This document shows, piece by piece, positions 1 to 9,032 of a stretch of DNA of 64,000 nt. A program made the translations under genes and the position numbers. This DNA comes from Acidimicrobiia bacterium (GTDB lineage Bacteria; Actinomycetota; Acidimicrobiia; Spongiisociales; Spongiisociaceae). How positions within the stretch are numbered: position 1 is the stretch's first letter; each line of letters starts with the position of its first letter. The notes beneath the pieces were generated by a model that saw only the letters and a program-made list of their open reading frames with translations, was not told the origin of the DNA and did not search any database. Where the stretch lies: the NCBI GenBank assembly GCA_041576165.1, contig JBFGLM010000018.1, positions 20,549-84,548 on the forward strand, read 5' to 3'.

Positions 1-524
1 TCGGCGACCGTGGCGGCCGGCACCCCCGGGCTGTCGGGTTGGCCGAACGTCACGGCTCCCGATCCGGCCTTGACCAAGAACGGGTCGGCGTGACCGTGGT
101 AGCAGCCCTCGAACTTGAGGATACCGTGACGGCCCGTGGCGGCCCGGGCGATCCTGATGGCCGACGCGGTTGCTTCGGTTCCCGAATTGACCATGCGAAC
201 CACGTCCACCGACGGCACGAGCTCAACGATCAGCTCGGCCAGCTCCACCTCCCGTCCGGTCGGCGCGCCGAAAGAAGTTCCGTCGACCGCTGCTTCGGTT
301 ACCGCCCGCACGATGGCGGGGTGGGCGTGACCGAGCAGCAGCGCACCCCAGGACGCGATGAAGTCGATCAGGCTGTCCCCGTCGACCGTGCGCAGCGATG
401 CGCCGAGGCCTGACGCCACGAACGGAGGGGTGCCGCCCACGGCCTTGAAGGCTCGGACCGGGGAGTTGACCCCGCCCGGCATGACCTCGATCGCACGCTG
501 GTACCACTCGGCTGAGGTGGTCAT
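1..524 (-). CDS. hemL: Glutamate-1-semialdehyde 2,1-aminomutase (5' part; runs off the window edge)
   Basis: Not in the ORF track. Manual translation from ATG at 524 gives [31 protein letters not shown]...GTSFGAPT...[11 protein letters not shown]...[11 protein letters not shown], all HemL motifs. Start overlaps the hemB stop. Confidence 0.95.
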   Translation of the reverse strand, partial: MTTSAEWYQRAIEVMPGGVNSPVRAFKAVGGTPPFVASGLGASLRTVDGDSLIDFIASWGALLLGHAHPAIVRAVTEAAVDGTSFGAPTGREVELAELIVELVPSVDVVRMVNSGTEATASAIRIARAATGRHGILKFEGCYHGHADPFLVKAGSGAVTFGQPDSPGVPAATVA

Positions 525-1501
525 CACGCCACCGCCAGCAACCGGGCGGCCCGGGTGGCGAAATAGGTGAGGATGATGTCCGCTCCCGCCCGGGCAATCC
601 CGGTCAGGGATTCGATCATCACCCGCTCGCCGTCGATCCAGCCATTCGCCGCCGCTGCTTCGATCATCGAGAACTCGCCCGAGACCTGATAGGCGGCCAC
701 CGGGGAGGTGACCGCATCCCGTACCCGCCGCACCACGTCGAGATACGGCCCGGCCGGTTTGACCATGACCATGTCGGCTCCCTCGGCGAGATCGATCGTC
801 ACCTCCGCCAGTGCCTCCCGCCCGTTGGCCGGATCCATCTGGTGCGTGCGCCGATCCCCGAACGCCGGCGCCGACTCGGCCGCGTCGCGAAATGGGCCGT
901 AGTAGGCGCTGGCGTACTTCGCAGCATATGAACAGATCGCCAGTTCTGCGTGCCCGCTCTCGTCGAGTGCTGCCCGGATTGCCGCCACCCGGCCGTCCAT
1001 CATGTCTGAGGGCGCGATCATGTCGGCCCCGGCATCGGCATAGGTCACGGCGGCTCGGGCCAGCAGTGGCAGGGTTTCGTCGTTGTAGACGGTCCCGTGC
1101 CGGACGACACCGCAATGTCCGTGGTCGGTGTATTCACACAGGCACACGTCGGCCCAAACCGTGAGATCCGGCTCGGTGTCCTTGATGGCACGAATGCCCT
1201 GCGGAACCGGCCCGGCGGGGTCCCACGCGCTCGACCCGTGTACGTCCTTGGTCGCCGGAATCCCGAACAGCATCACGCCGCCGACACCAGCGGCAAATGC
1301 TTCCTTCGCTACCGGTATGAGCTCGTCTACGGAGAGCTGGTAGTTGCCCGGCATCGAACGGATCGGGCTGCGGATGCCTTCTCCGGTGGTGACGAACAGG
1401 GGCAGCACAAAACCGGCCGGATGGAGGCGGGTCTCTGCCACCATGCGTCGGAGTGCGGGGGAGCGCCGCAACCGGCGCGTCCGCGTGAATGAAGCAGTCA
1501 T
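524..1501 (-). CDS. hemB: Porphobilinogen synthase (ALA dehydratase), Zn-type
   Basis: [14 protein letters not shown] Zn motif, [34 protein letters not shown]. Confidence 0.98.
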   Translation of the reverse strand: MTASFTRTRRLRRSPALRRMVAETRLHPAGFVLPLFVTTGEGIRSPIRSMPGNYQLSVDELIPVAKEAFAAGVGGVMLFGIPATKDVHGSSAWDPAGPVPQGIRAIKDTEPDLTVWADVCLCEYTDHGHCGVVRHGTVYNDETLPLLARAAVTYADAGADMIAPSDMMDGRVAAIRAALDESGHAELAICSYAAKYASAYYGPFRDAAESAPAFGDRRTHQMDPANGREALAEVTIDLAEGADMVMVKPAGPYLDVVRRVRDAVTSPVAAYQVSGEFSMIEAAAANGWIDGERVMIESLTGIARAGADIILTYFATRAARLLAVA

Positions 1502-2175
1502 GTTGGGTTCCTCTCTACGAGGGCTTCGGCGAGCGAACTGAGGTGTGGTTCTGGCGCTACGGCGTCGGGAGGGCGACCGCGGCGTTCCAGCTCGGCCGCG
1601 GTGGTGGGGCCGATCGCAGCCACGCGGATCCCGTAGAGATCCCGGGCGAGCAACCAGCCGCGTACGGCAGACGGGCTGGCGAATACCACGGCGTCAACCG
1701 GGTCCGGCGGTGGGGGGCACGGCCGGGACCGGTAGACCGTCACGGCCTTTACGGCGGCGCCGGCCCGTTCGAGCCTCCGCACGACCTCCGGGTCGGCGCC
1801 CGCGGCATGGGGGTACGCCACGGACTTGCCGCGTATCCGCTGGGCGAGAATGTCCGTCAATGCGTGCGATCCCGAATCACCAACCTCGAGAACGTGGCCG
1901 CCGGCGTTGCGGACAGCCGCAGCCGTAGCGGGTCCTACCGCAGCCACCGGGGTGTCGGGCATGCCGCCGTGGGGCCACAGGTGGGTGATGGACCGAGCGG
2001 ACGTGACGAACATCAGGTCGGCGGTTGCCGCATGATTGCGCGCCGCTGCCGCATTTCGCTCGCCGGTGGTTTCAATGGCGATGCAGGGCAGTGACATCGG
2101 CTGCAGACTGCAGGCAAGGAAGGCTGGGGCGAAGCGTTCGTATGCGTCGGCCGCGGTGGTGATCCCCACCCTCAC
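1498..2175 (-). CDS. hemD: Uroporphyrinogen-III synthase
   Basis: [28 protein letters not shown] motifs; lies between hemC and hemB. Confidence 0.9.
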   Translation of the reverse strand: MRVGITTAADAYERFAPAFLACSLQPMSLPCIAIETTGERNAAAARNHAATADLMFVTSARSITHLWPHGGMPDTPVAAVGPATAAAVRNAGGHVLEVGDSGSHALTDILAQRIRGKSVAYPHAAGADPEVVRRLERAGAAVKAVTVYRSRPCPPPPDPVDAVVFASPSAVRGWLLARDLYGIRVAAIGPTTAAELERRGRPPDAVAPEPHLSSLAEALVERNPT

Positions 2176-3035
2176 GGCACGATCTCCAGCGCATCACACA
2201 GTGCGCGGCCGACCGATAGGGGATCCACGCCGGTGGCCGCCTCCCGCCGGGGTCCCCGATCGTCCGCAACGAACCCGGTGGCCGTCACCTCCGAGCCGCC
2301 GACGACGGCCAGCACCCCGAGCGCCGCCCGACAACCGGCGCCCGAAAGCCGGAGGACCGTCCGCTCGGTTTCGACGGCAGTGCGGGTCGGACCGTGATCG
2401 ATCGCTTTGAGCAGCGTACGTGCCTCGGACGCCGCTCGGGCTTCCACTGTCAACGCTCCCTGGGCGGCGGCCGGGACCATGTCGCGCAGGGCAAAGCGGT
2501 GGCCGATTCGATTCTCGAGGCCCATCCTGGCCAGCCCGGCCTCCGCCAGCACGATCGCGTCGTACCGGCCGGTGTCGACTGCCGCGAGGCGGGTGTCGAC
2601 GTTACCGCGGATTTCCTGGACTTCGACGTCCGGCCGCAACAGCCGGAGCTGCGCCGCCCGACGGGGACTCCCGGTGCCGATGACGGCTCCCGGACCCAGA
2701 TCGTGCAGCGACGCTCCGCACAGCACGTCCCACGGGGCGGCTCGTTCGGGATGAACCGCTTCGAGACCATCCGGACCAACCACCGGTAAGTCCTTGCCGG
2801 AATGGACGGCGATGTCGGCCGCGCCATCGAGAACCGCGTACTGGACGGCGCGCACGAAAGCGCCGACCTCGGTCAGAGCGGCAACTGGTGTTTTCCGGTC
2901 CCGGTCGCCGGTTGTGCTGATCGTCACCAGCTCGACCGCAAGACCGGGATGGGCGGCCGCGAGGGCGCGTCCCACCAGCTTCGACTGTGCGAGGGCCAGT
3001 TGGGATGCCCTAGTGGCAATCCGGATATCAGCCAC
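2172..3035 (-). CDS. hemC: Hydroxymethylbilane synthase
   Basis: IATRASQLALAQ, AVHSGKDLP, GTGSPRR, IRGNVDTRL, cofactor Cys in GAGC. Confidence 0.96.
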   Translation of the reverse strand: MADIRIATRASQLALAQSKLVGRALAAAHPGLAVELVTISTTGDRDRKTPVAALTEVGAFVRAVQYAVLDGAADIAVHSGKDLPVVGPDGLEAVHPERAAPWDVLCGASLHDLGPGAVIGTGSPRRAAQLRLLRPDVEVQEIRGNVDTRLAAVDTGRYDAIVLAEAGLARMGLENRIGHRFALRDMVPAAAQGALTVEARAASEARTLLKAIDHGPTRTAVETERTVLRLSGAGCRAALGVLAVVGGSEVTATGFVADDRGPRREAATGVDPLSVGRALCDALEIVP

Positions 3036-4176
3036 GAGCCGGGCGGAACGCCTCCGCGATGGCCTCGACCACGCCGGCGTCGACGTCCGCGTTGTTGAGG
3101 TGTGACACCGGCCGGGCCATGATCGTGCGCGCCACCGTATGCGCGACCTGGCGCAGGATCGCTCGATCTTCCGGAGAATTCAGCTTCGATCCGAAACGGG
3201 CGACGGCCGACTCGACGATCTCGTCTGCGTCACTCATCAGGCGGCTGATGAGCGGCCCGACCTCGTTGTGACCGACGAAGCGGCGGTATGCCTTGGCGGC
3301 CGCTTCGCTTACGGCCACATCGGCCACGGCGGAGCGAGGCCCGGCGCCGGCCAAGCGGGCCAGGTCGTCGACGTCGTAGTGCGTCACGGCAGCATCTTGG
3401 GGAGGCTCGAAGTCGGGCGGCATAGCCATGTCGATCAACTTGAGAGGATTCGAGCGGACGCGTAGGACCTCGTCGAGGTGGTCTTCGCAGAGAAGCCGGC
3501 TGGTGGCACTGGTTGCCGAGATGACAGTTGGATGTGCGGCCATCACCTCTTCCAGCCGGTCGAACGACCACACCTCTGCAGATTTCACCGAAACAAACTC
3601 CGGGCGCCGGGCCAGCAGAATCGTCGGCGGCGGCGCCGGCCGGGTGGCCAGGCTCCGGAGTATCGCCATCGCCATTTCACCGGCCCCCAGGATCGTCACC
3701 CGGTCGTCGCCGGCGACGAGATCGGCGGCTATGGCTCCCATGGAGTCGTGAGGCAGGCGTGGCAGCAGGTCCCGCGCCCGCCGTCCGCTGCCGATGGCGG
3801 CCTGCAGGAGCCGGGTGAACTGGCCGTTGATTGCTCCGGCGTCGGCCGCCTCTGTGAGCGCGGTCCGGAACTGGGACAGGATCTCCCGCTCACCCACGAT
3901 GGGCGACTCGAGGCCGGCCGCGACGCGGAAGAGGTGCAGGACTGCGTCCTGTCCGGATCGGACCTCCGGCTCGGGGGCGGTGCCTGGCTCGAACAGGCTG
4001 CGCAGGTCCCGGAGCAGTGAATCCGGAGGCAGCGGCGCAGCGATTTCGATTCGTACGCAGGTCGACAGGACGAACAATCCCGCGACCGGTGCCAGCTCGG
4101 CCAGTTGGGCAGCGAGCACGCCCCGCTGGGCGGTGTTGAGACGCGGGTATGCATATGTGGCGCACGTCACCGCCAT
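3028..4176 (-). CDS. hemA: Glutamyl-tRNA reductase (divergent)
   Basis: LSTCVRIE, HLFRVAAGLESPIVGEREILSQ, GAGEM, IDMAMPPD. Confidence 0.9.
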   Translation of the reverse strand: MAVTCATYAYPRLNTAQRGVLAAQLAELAPVAGLFVLSTCVRIEIAAPLPPDSLLRDLRSLFEPGTAPEPEVRSGQDAVLHLFRVAAGLESPIVGEREILSQFRTALTEAADAGAINGQFTRLLQAAIGSGRRARDLLPRLPHDSMGAIAADLVAGDDRVTILGAGEMAMAILRSLATRPAPPPTILLARRPEFVSVKSAEVWSFDRLEEVMAAHPTVISATSATSRLLCEDHLDEVLRVRSNPLKLIDMAMPPDFEPPQDAAVTHYDVDDLARLAGAGPRSAVADVAVSEAAAKAYRRFVGHNEVGPLISRLMSDADEIVESAVARFGSKLNSPEDRAILRQVAHTVARTIMARPVSHLNNADVDAGVVEAIAEAFRPARG

Positions 4177-4269
4177 CGGCGCGATCCTGTCTTGTCCGTC
4201 AGCTCCTGCAATGGAGGGTATTGCGTCGCGTCCAGACAGCCAGTCGGAATGAATCCGACACTGTGTCGG

Positions 4270-5151
4270 TCAGGTCCAGTCGCGCGCTCGACCTCGCAGC
4301 AGCGCCAGCAACTCTGCCTCGGGCGATCCCGCCGGTGGCTCGGCGAGTGGCTCCCACCGCACGTATGGCGGAAGGGAAGCCAGGATCGAGTCCGCCCGGC
4401 CACCGGTTTCGAGACCAAACCGGGTCCCACGGTCCCAGGCGAGATTGAACTCGACGTAGCGGCCACGCCGGTGGTGGTGCCACCGCTCCTGATCCGGCCC
4501 GTATTCTGTAGAGATCCGTCGCTCCAGGATCGGGCGGTAGGCGGGTTCTAGCGCGTCGGCCAGATCGCGCTGGAATGCCCATACGTCCGACGGTTCCCGG
4601 TCGAGGTGATCGAAAAAGATCCCGCCGATGCCCCGAGCCTCGCCCCGGTGGGGGAGGAAGAAGTATTCGTCGCATGCCTGCTTCCAGGCGCCATAGTCGG
4701 CTATGGGATGCCGGCCACACACGTCGCGAATGGTGCGGTGGAAATGCTCTGCGTCGGATTCGTTGAGATACCAGGGCGTGAGGTCGGTCCCCCCGCCGAA
4801 CCAGCCGCCCGGTCCCGCTTCGAAGTACCGCACGTTGGCGTGGAAGGTGGGCGCGAACGGATTCTTCGGATGGACGATGATCGAAACCCCGGTCGCAAAA
4901 AAGGAGTCGGCATCAACGCGTGCTCGGAGCGACGAGGGAGTGTCGCCCCACACGGCGGAGAGGTTGACGGCCGCCTTCTCGATGATTGGCCCGATCAAGA
5001 TACGGGTGTCGCCCCCTCCGCCGCCGGGGCGCTGCCACACGTCGCGGTGCAATTCGGTCCGAGGATCTACCTCCGCCAGAAAGGCACAGAACCGCTCCTG
5101 GAAATCGCGGTACCAGGCCTCGACCTCGTCACGATCGGGACCGCCGGCCAT
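4270..5151 (-). CDS. hemF: Oxygen-dependent coproporphyrinogen-III oxidase
   Basis: WQRPGGGGG, EKAAVN, FFATGVS, HPKNPFAPTFHANVRYF, WFGGGTDLTP, CDEYFFLPHRGEARGIGGIFFD, RRGRYVEFNLAWDRGTRFGL. Start set at ATG 5151; the track's extension to 5514 is antisense to the next gene. Confidence 0.96.
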   Translation of the reverse strand: MAGGPDRDEVEAWYRDFQERFCAFLAEVDPRTELHRDVWQRPGGGGGDTRILIGPIIEKAAVNLSAVWGDTPSSLRARVDADSFFATGVSIIVHPKNPFAPTFHANVRYFEAGPGGWFGGGTDLTPWYLNESDAEHFHRTIRDVCGRHPIADYGAWKQACDEYFFLPHRGEARGIGGIFFDHLDREPSDVWAFQRDLADALEPAYRPILERRISTEYGPDQERWHHHRRGRYVEFNLAWDRGTRFGLETGGRADSILASLPPYVRWEPLAEPPAGSPEAELLALLRGRARDWT

Positions 5152-5172
5152 CAGCCGGTAGCCTCGCGGGCC

Positions 5173-5562
5173 ATGGCGCGCACACCAGGCGATCTCACCG
5201 ACACCGACATCGGTTTCTTGACCGACCGGCATCTCGGCACGCTCACCACCCTGCGCGGCGACGGTTCCCCCCATGTCGTGGCCATTGCCTTCACCTTCGA
5301 CCCAGGCGCAGCGATGGTGCGAATGATCTCCAATGAGGGTGGGCAGAAGATCCGCAACATCGAGCGCGACGACCGCGCCACGGTATGCCAGGTTGATGGC
5401 CGCAGGTGGCTGGCGCTCGAGGGGCGTGCCCGGGTGGTGCGCGACGCGGACCGGATCGCAGCGGCGGTGGCGGCGTTCGAGTCCCGGTATCGCCCGGTCC
5501 GTGAGAATCCGCATCGCATTGCGATTGAACTCACGGTCGAGCGTGTTCTGGGTCGCTCCTGA
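5173..5562 (+). CDS. PPOX-class (pyridoxamine 5'-phosphate oxidase-like) split-barrel protein, probably F420-dependent
   Basis: FLTDRHLGTLTTLRGDGSPHVVAI...QKIRNIERDDR...WLALEGRA; TAGCCT -10-like hexamer 8 nt before the ATG. Confidence 0.85.
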   Translation: MARTPGDLTDTDIGFLTDRHLGTLTTLRGDGSPHVVAIAFTFDPGAAMVRMISNEGGQKIRNIERDDRATVCQVDGRRWLALEGRARVVRDADRIAAAVAAFESRYRPVRENPHRIAIELTVERVLGRS

Positions 5563-6592
5563 CGCCGGCCCGCCCCCGGATCAGATTGGCCACGGCGGTC
5601 GCCCACAGATCGCTGTCGTTCACACACGGCAACAGGAGGAGCTCCTCGCCGCCCAGCTCCATCCACTGGTTCCGTCCTCGGATCCCGATCTCCTCCAGGG
5701 TCTCCAGGCAGTCGGCGGCGAAGGACGGGGTGAGGACCGCTAGGCGCCTGACCCCGCCGGCATAGAGCTGGGGGAGAACCTTGTCGGTATACGGCTTGAT
5801 CCATTTTTGGCCGGTCAGCCGGCTCTGAAACGTCGTGTGATACGAACCCTCTTCGATGCCTAGTTCGGCGACCAGCCCCCGGGTGGTGGCGAAGCTGTGG
5901 GCCCGGTAGCAGAACCGGTTGGCCTCGTTGATCGCCTCGCAGCAATCCTGGTTGGCGAGGCACCACTGGCCGGTGGGATCAGATTTGCGGATCTGTTTCG
6001 CTGGCAGCCCGTGGTAGCTGAACACAACGTGATCCGGCCGGAATTCGTCCAGGGCCGGCCGGGCCGCAGCGGCGACCGCGTGAAGGAAGCCAGGGTTGTC
6101 ATAGAACGGGCCAATCGTCGACACGTCGAGCACGTTCCAGCGATCCGCCACCACCGCGAGCGTCTTCGCAACGGCCGAGCCGCCGGAGGCCGATGCGTAC
6201 TGGGGGAAGAGCGGGAAGACGATCAGGCGATCGCACCCGGCGCCGGTCAGCTTCGCAATGGCCGAGGCGATGGAAGGGCTCTGGTAGCGCATGCCGTAGG
6301 CCACCCGGTAGCCATCTCCCAGGCGCCGGCCGACCTTGCGGGCCAGGCGCTCGGTATGGATGATCAGCGGCGAACCTTCGTCGGTCCATATCTGGCGGTA
6401 GGCGTGAGCGGATCGCCCGGGCCGCAAGGGCAAGATCACCCCGTTGAGGAGCAGGTGGCGCGCCGCCGCCGGCATGTCCAGCACCCGCGGGTCGGACAAG
6501 AACTCCCGCAAATACGTGCGCACATCGGAGGTTTTTGGCGAATCCGGCGTGCCCAGCTGCAACAGCAGGACGCCGATGGGTCGGTCGGTCAC
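5531..6592 (-). CDS. hemH: Ferrochelatase (protoporphyrin type, Cys-rich insert)
   Basis: LLLQLGTPDSP, YLREFLSDPRV, GMRYQSPSI, PLFPQYAS, FSYHGLP, FQSRL...WIKPYTD, FAADCLETLEEI, PCVND. GTG at 6592 follows TACTCT-N6. Confidence 0.96.
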   Translation of the reverse strand: MTDRPIGVLLLQLGTPDSPKTSDVRTYLREFLSDPRVLDMPAAARHLLLNGVILPLRPGRSAHAYRQIWTDEGSPLIIHTERLARKVGRRLGDGYRVAYGMRYQSPSIASAIAKLTGAGCDRLIVFPLFPQYASASGGSAVAKTLAVVADRWNVLDVSTIGPFYDNPGFLHAVAAAARPALDEFRPDHVVFSYHGLPAKQIRKSDPTGQWCLANQDCCEAINEANRFCYRAHSFATTRGLVAELGIEEGSYHTTFQSRLTGQKWIKPYTDKVLPQLYAGGVRRLAVLTPSFAADCLETLEEIGIRGRNQWMELGGEELLLLPCVNDSDLWATAVANLIRGRAGVRSDPEHARP

Positions 6593-6669
6593 CGCGCGAG
6601 AGTATGCCCGGCGGCTGCCGACAGGGAGTCGGAACATCCTCGATCCTTGGAGTCGCCCCGCAGCAGCGC

Positions 6670-7887
6670 TCAGAAATAGGCCTGGCCGGCTTCCACCGGG
6701 AACTCCCATTCGCACGGCCCGAACGGCCCGTCACCTTGGGAGGCCGCGTAGGCCACTCGATCCGCGCTGGTTTCGCCCTCGACGAGGGCCCGCCTCAGCC
6801 AGTCCATCACATACTGATGACAGTCGAGGCCGCCGACATTGTCGAGGTGCCACAGCGGGTGGAACTGGTTCTCGAAGACCCACATCTCCTTGCGGCAGGT
6901 GAGGTCGTGATAGACCTCGATCGCGTCCTCGAGCGGGCACAGCGGGTCAAACTCTCCGGTGACGAGCAGCGTGGGGCACTGGATCTTGTCGGCGTGGCCC
7001 TTGACGGTCATGCCCCGAGCCATCTCGTCGAACTCGTCCTCGTCATCCATACCGGCCATGTACATGAACACCTGTTTGAACCGGGGCGACGACTGCGTGA
7101 AGATCGTGTTGTTGGGGTTGAAACACGCCACCGCGCTCACCAGGGCGGCCGGCCGGTGGTCGTAGCTGGCCAGGCGGAGCGACCAATAACTCCCCATCGA
7201 CACCCCGTAGATGCCGATTCGATCTGCATCCACTTCCGGCCGCGTGAGCAAATAGTCGATGACGGCGGCTCCCGCTCGCTCGTAGGTGTCCCCTACCGCA
7301 CGGATCTTCTGTATGTTGGACGAGCCCTGCCCGGGCCCGTCCATAGAGATCATGTGCATCCCCCGCTCGATGGCGAGGTTCTTGGCCGCCTTGGGCAGCA
7401 CCTCTTTGGTCTGATCCATGCCCGGCACGTAGATCACGACCGGTGCGCGGCGGCGATCTGGGAGCAGGTGGAACAGACAGGAGATCGTGGTGGCGTCGTC
7501 AAACGGCACCTCGACCCGCTCGATCGGATAGTCGGCGACCTCTGACCGGGCGTCGACCATCTCGCACAGCTTCCCGTACAGGTGCAGCTTGATGGGGTTG
7601 TCGTCGTAGAAGATCGGGTGCTGCGCCATCCGGTAGGCCTCGATCGCCCGGTCGTAGTGCTCAGTAGCGGTCTGGCGGTGGCCCTGGTCGTGGGCGGTGC
7701 GGGCTAGACGCTCGTGATGGTCCGCACTCTCACGCCACATCTTCGGCAGCATCCGGTAGTTGTGGGCGCGGGCCGGTGTCTCCCATTCGTCCCGTTCGAA
7801 GTTCTGAACACGGCCCCGCATGTTGAGTGCCAGGTCGAGCATCCACTGCTGGTTGTCACGTTCCGTACGCAGTTTGCGGATCGTCAT
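6670..7887 (-). CDS. Alpha/beta hydrolase, 2,6-dihydroxypseudooxynicotine hydrolase/FrsA-like family
   Basis: PGMDQTKE, DGPGQG, GVSMG nucleophile elbow, GEFDPLCP; GGAGGG RBS before ATG 7887. Confidence 0.8.
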   Translation of the reverse strand: MTIRKLRTERDNQQWMLDLALNMRGRVQNFERDEWETPARAHNYRMLPKMWRESADHHERLARTAHDQGHRQTATEHYDRAIEAYRMAQHPIFYDDNPIKLHLYGKLCEMVDARSEVADYPIERVEVPFDDATTISCLFHLLPDRRRAPVVIYVPGMDQTKEVLPKAAKNLAIERGMHMISMDGPGQGSSNIQKIRAVGDTYERAGAAVIDYLLTRPEVDADRIGIYGVSMGSYWSLRLASYDHRPAALVSAVACFNPNNTIFTQSSPRFKQVFMYMAGMDDEDEFDEMARGMTVKGHADKIQCPTLLVTGEFDPLCPLEDAIEVYHDLTCRKEMWVFENQFHPLWHLDNVGGLDCHQYVMDWLRRALVEGETSADRVAYAASQGDGPFGPCEWEFPVEAGQAYF

Positions 7888-8086
7888 GACGGTCCCTCCC
7901 TTCCGAGTTCGTCCGAGCGTAAAGCCCACTCTCCGGCGGCGCCCTCGTCGTGGCCGTGTGCAGAGGTCAACCGTTCGGGCCGAACCGCATCGTCCGCGAG
8001 GACGAGGCAAGAAGGGGCCTTCGGACGATGCGCGACGATACGCAGTGAACGAGGATTGCGGCTGGGACAACGTGACGGAGGGATGA

Positions 8087-9031
8087 ATGAGCGGACAGCG
8101 GGTGCTCGAGGTCAGCGACCTTCACAAACGATTCGAAGACATTCAGGCGGTTGCGGGCGTGTCGTTCTCTATCGAGCCGGGCGAGACATACGGCCTGCTC
8201 GGGCCGAACGGCGCTGGCAAAACAACATCGATCTCCCTGGTTGCGGGGCTGCTCGATGCGGACCAGGGCACGGTCCGCGTGTGTGGTCAGGAAATGAGTC
8301 CCGCCACGCTGCCGCCCAAGGCGGCCATCGGGCTCGTCCCGCAAGAACTCGCCATCTATCCGGACCTGACGGCTCGCGAGAACCTCCACTTCTTCGGCCG
8401 GCTGTACGGCATGGACAAAGCCACCCTGTTGCGGAGAACGAACGAGGTGTTGGAAGTCATAGGGCTGACGGACCGGGCGGACGATCGCGCTGACGAGTTC
8501 TCCGGTGGTATGAAACGGAGACTGAACATCGGGATCGGTTTGCTGCACCGGCCCCAACTACTGATACTGGACGAGCCAACCGTGGGCGTCGATCCGCAGT
8601 CACGTCACGCCATTCTCGAGAGCGTCGAGCACCTTTCGGGCGAGGGGCTGGCGGTGCTGTACACGACCCACTACATGGAAGAAGCCGAGCGGTTGTGCGA
8701 CCGGGTGGGGATCATCGACCAGGGCGAGATCAAGGCCGAAGGGACCAGGCGCGACCTCGTGCGGATGGTCGGCGAACGCGACCGGATCAGCATTTCGGTC
8801 ACCGGCTCTTCTGACGGCGCGGTCGCCGCGTTGCGAAACCTGCACGGTGTCAGCGATGCCACAGGAGCGGACGGCTCGATCGAGCTGCTGGTCGACGACG
8901 CCGGTGCGGTGCTGGCCGACGCGTTGCGCACAGTGACCGAGACCGGTGTGTCGGTGACGTCGGTTGCGGTGGAAGAGCCCGATCTCGAAGCGGTTTTCCT
9001 CCACCTGACCGGCAAGGCACTGAGGGATTGA
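8087..9031 (+). CDS. ABC-2 exporter ATP-binding subunit (LnrL/DrrA-like)
   Basis: GPNGAGKT, FSGGMKRR, LILDEPT, YTTHYMEEA. Confidence 0.95.
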   Translation: MSGQRVLEVSDLHKRFEDIQAVAGVSFSIEPGETYGLLGPNGAGKTTSISLVAGLLDADQGTVRVCGQEMSPATLPPKAAIGLVPQELAIYPDLTARENLHFFGRLYGMDKATLLRRTNEVLEVIGLTDRADDRADEFSGGMKRRLNIGIGLLHRPQLLILDEPTVGVDPQSRHAILESVEHLSGEGLAVLYTTHYMEEAERLCDRVGIIDQGEIKAEGTRRDLVRMVGERDRISISVTGSSDGAVAALRNLHGVSDATGADGSIELLVDDAGAVLADALRTVTETGVSVTSVAVEEPDLEAVFLHLTGKALRD

Positions 9032-9032
9032 C

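Noticed and set aside
5152-5514. N-terminal extension of HemF in the ORF track (also extensions of hemH, mobA, zur, APH and SIMPL)
   Set aside because: Extensions overlap real neighbouring genes; homology and promoter or RBS signals indicate later starts
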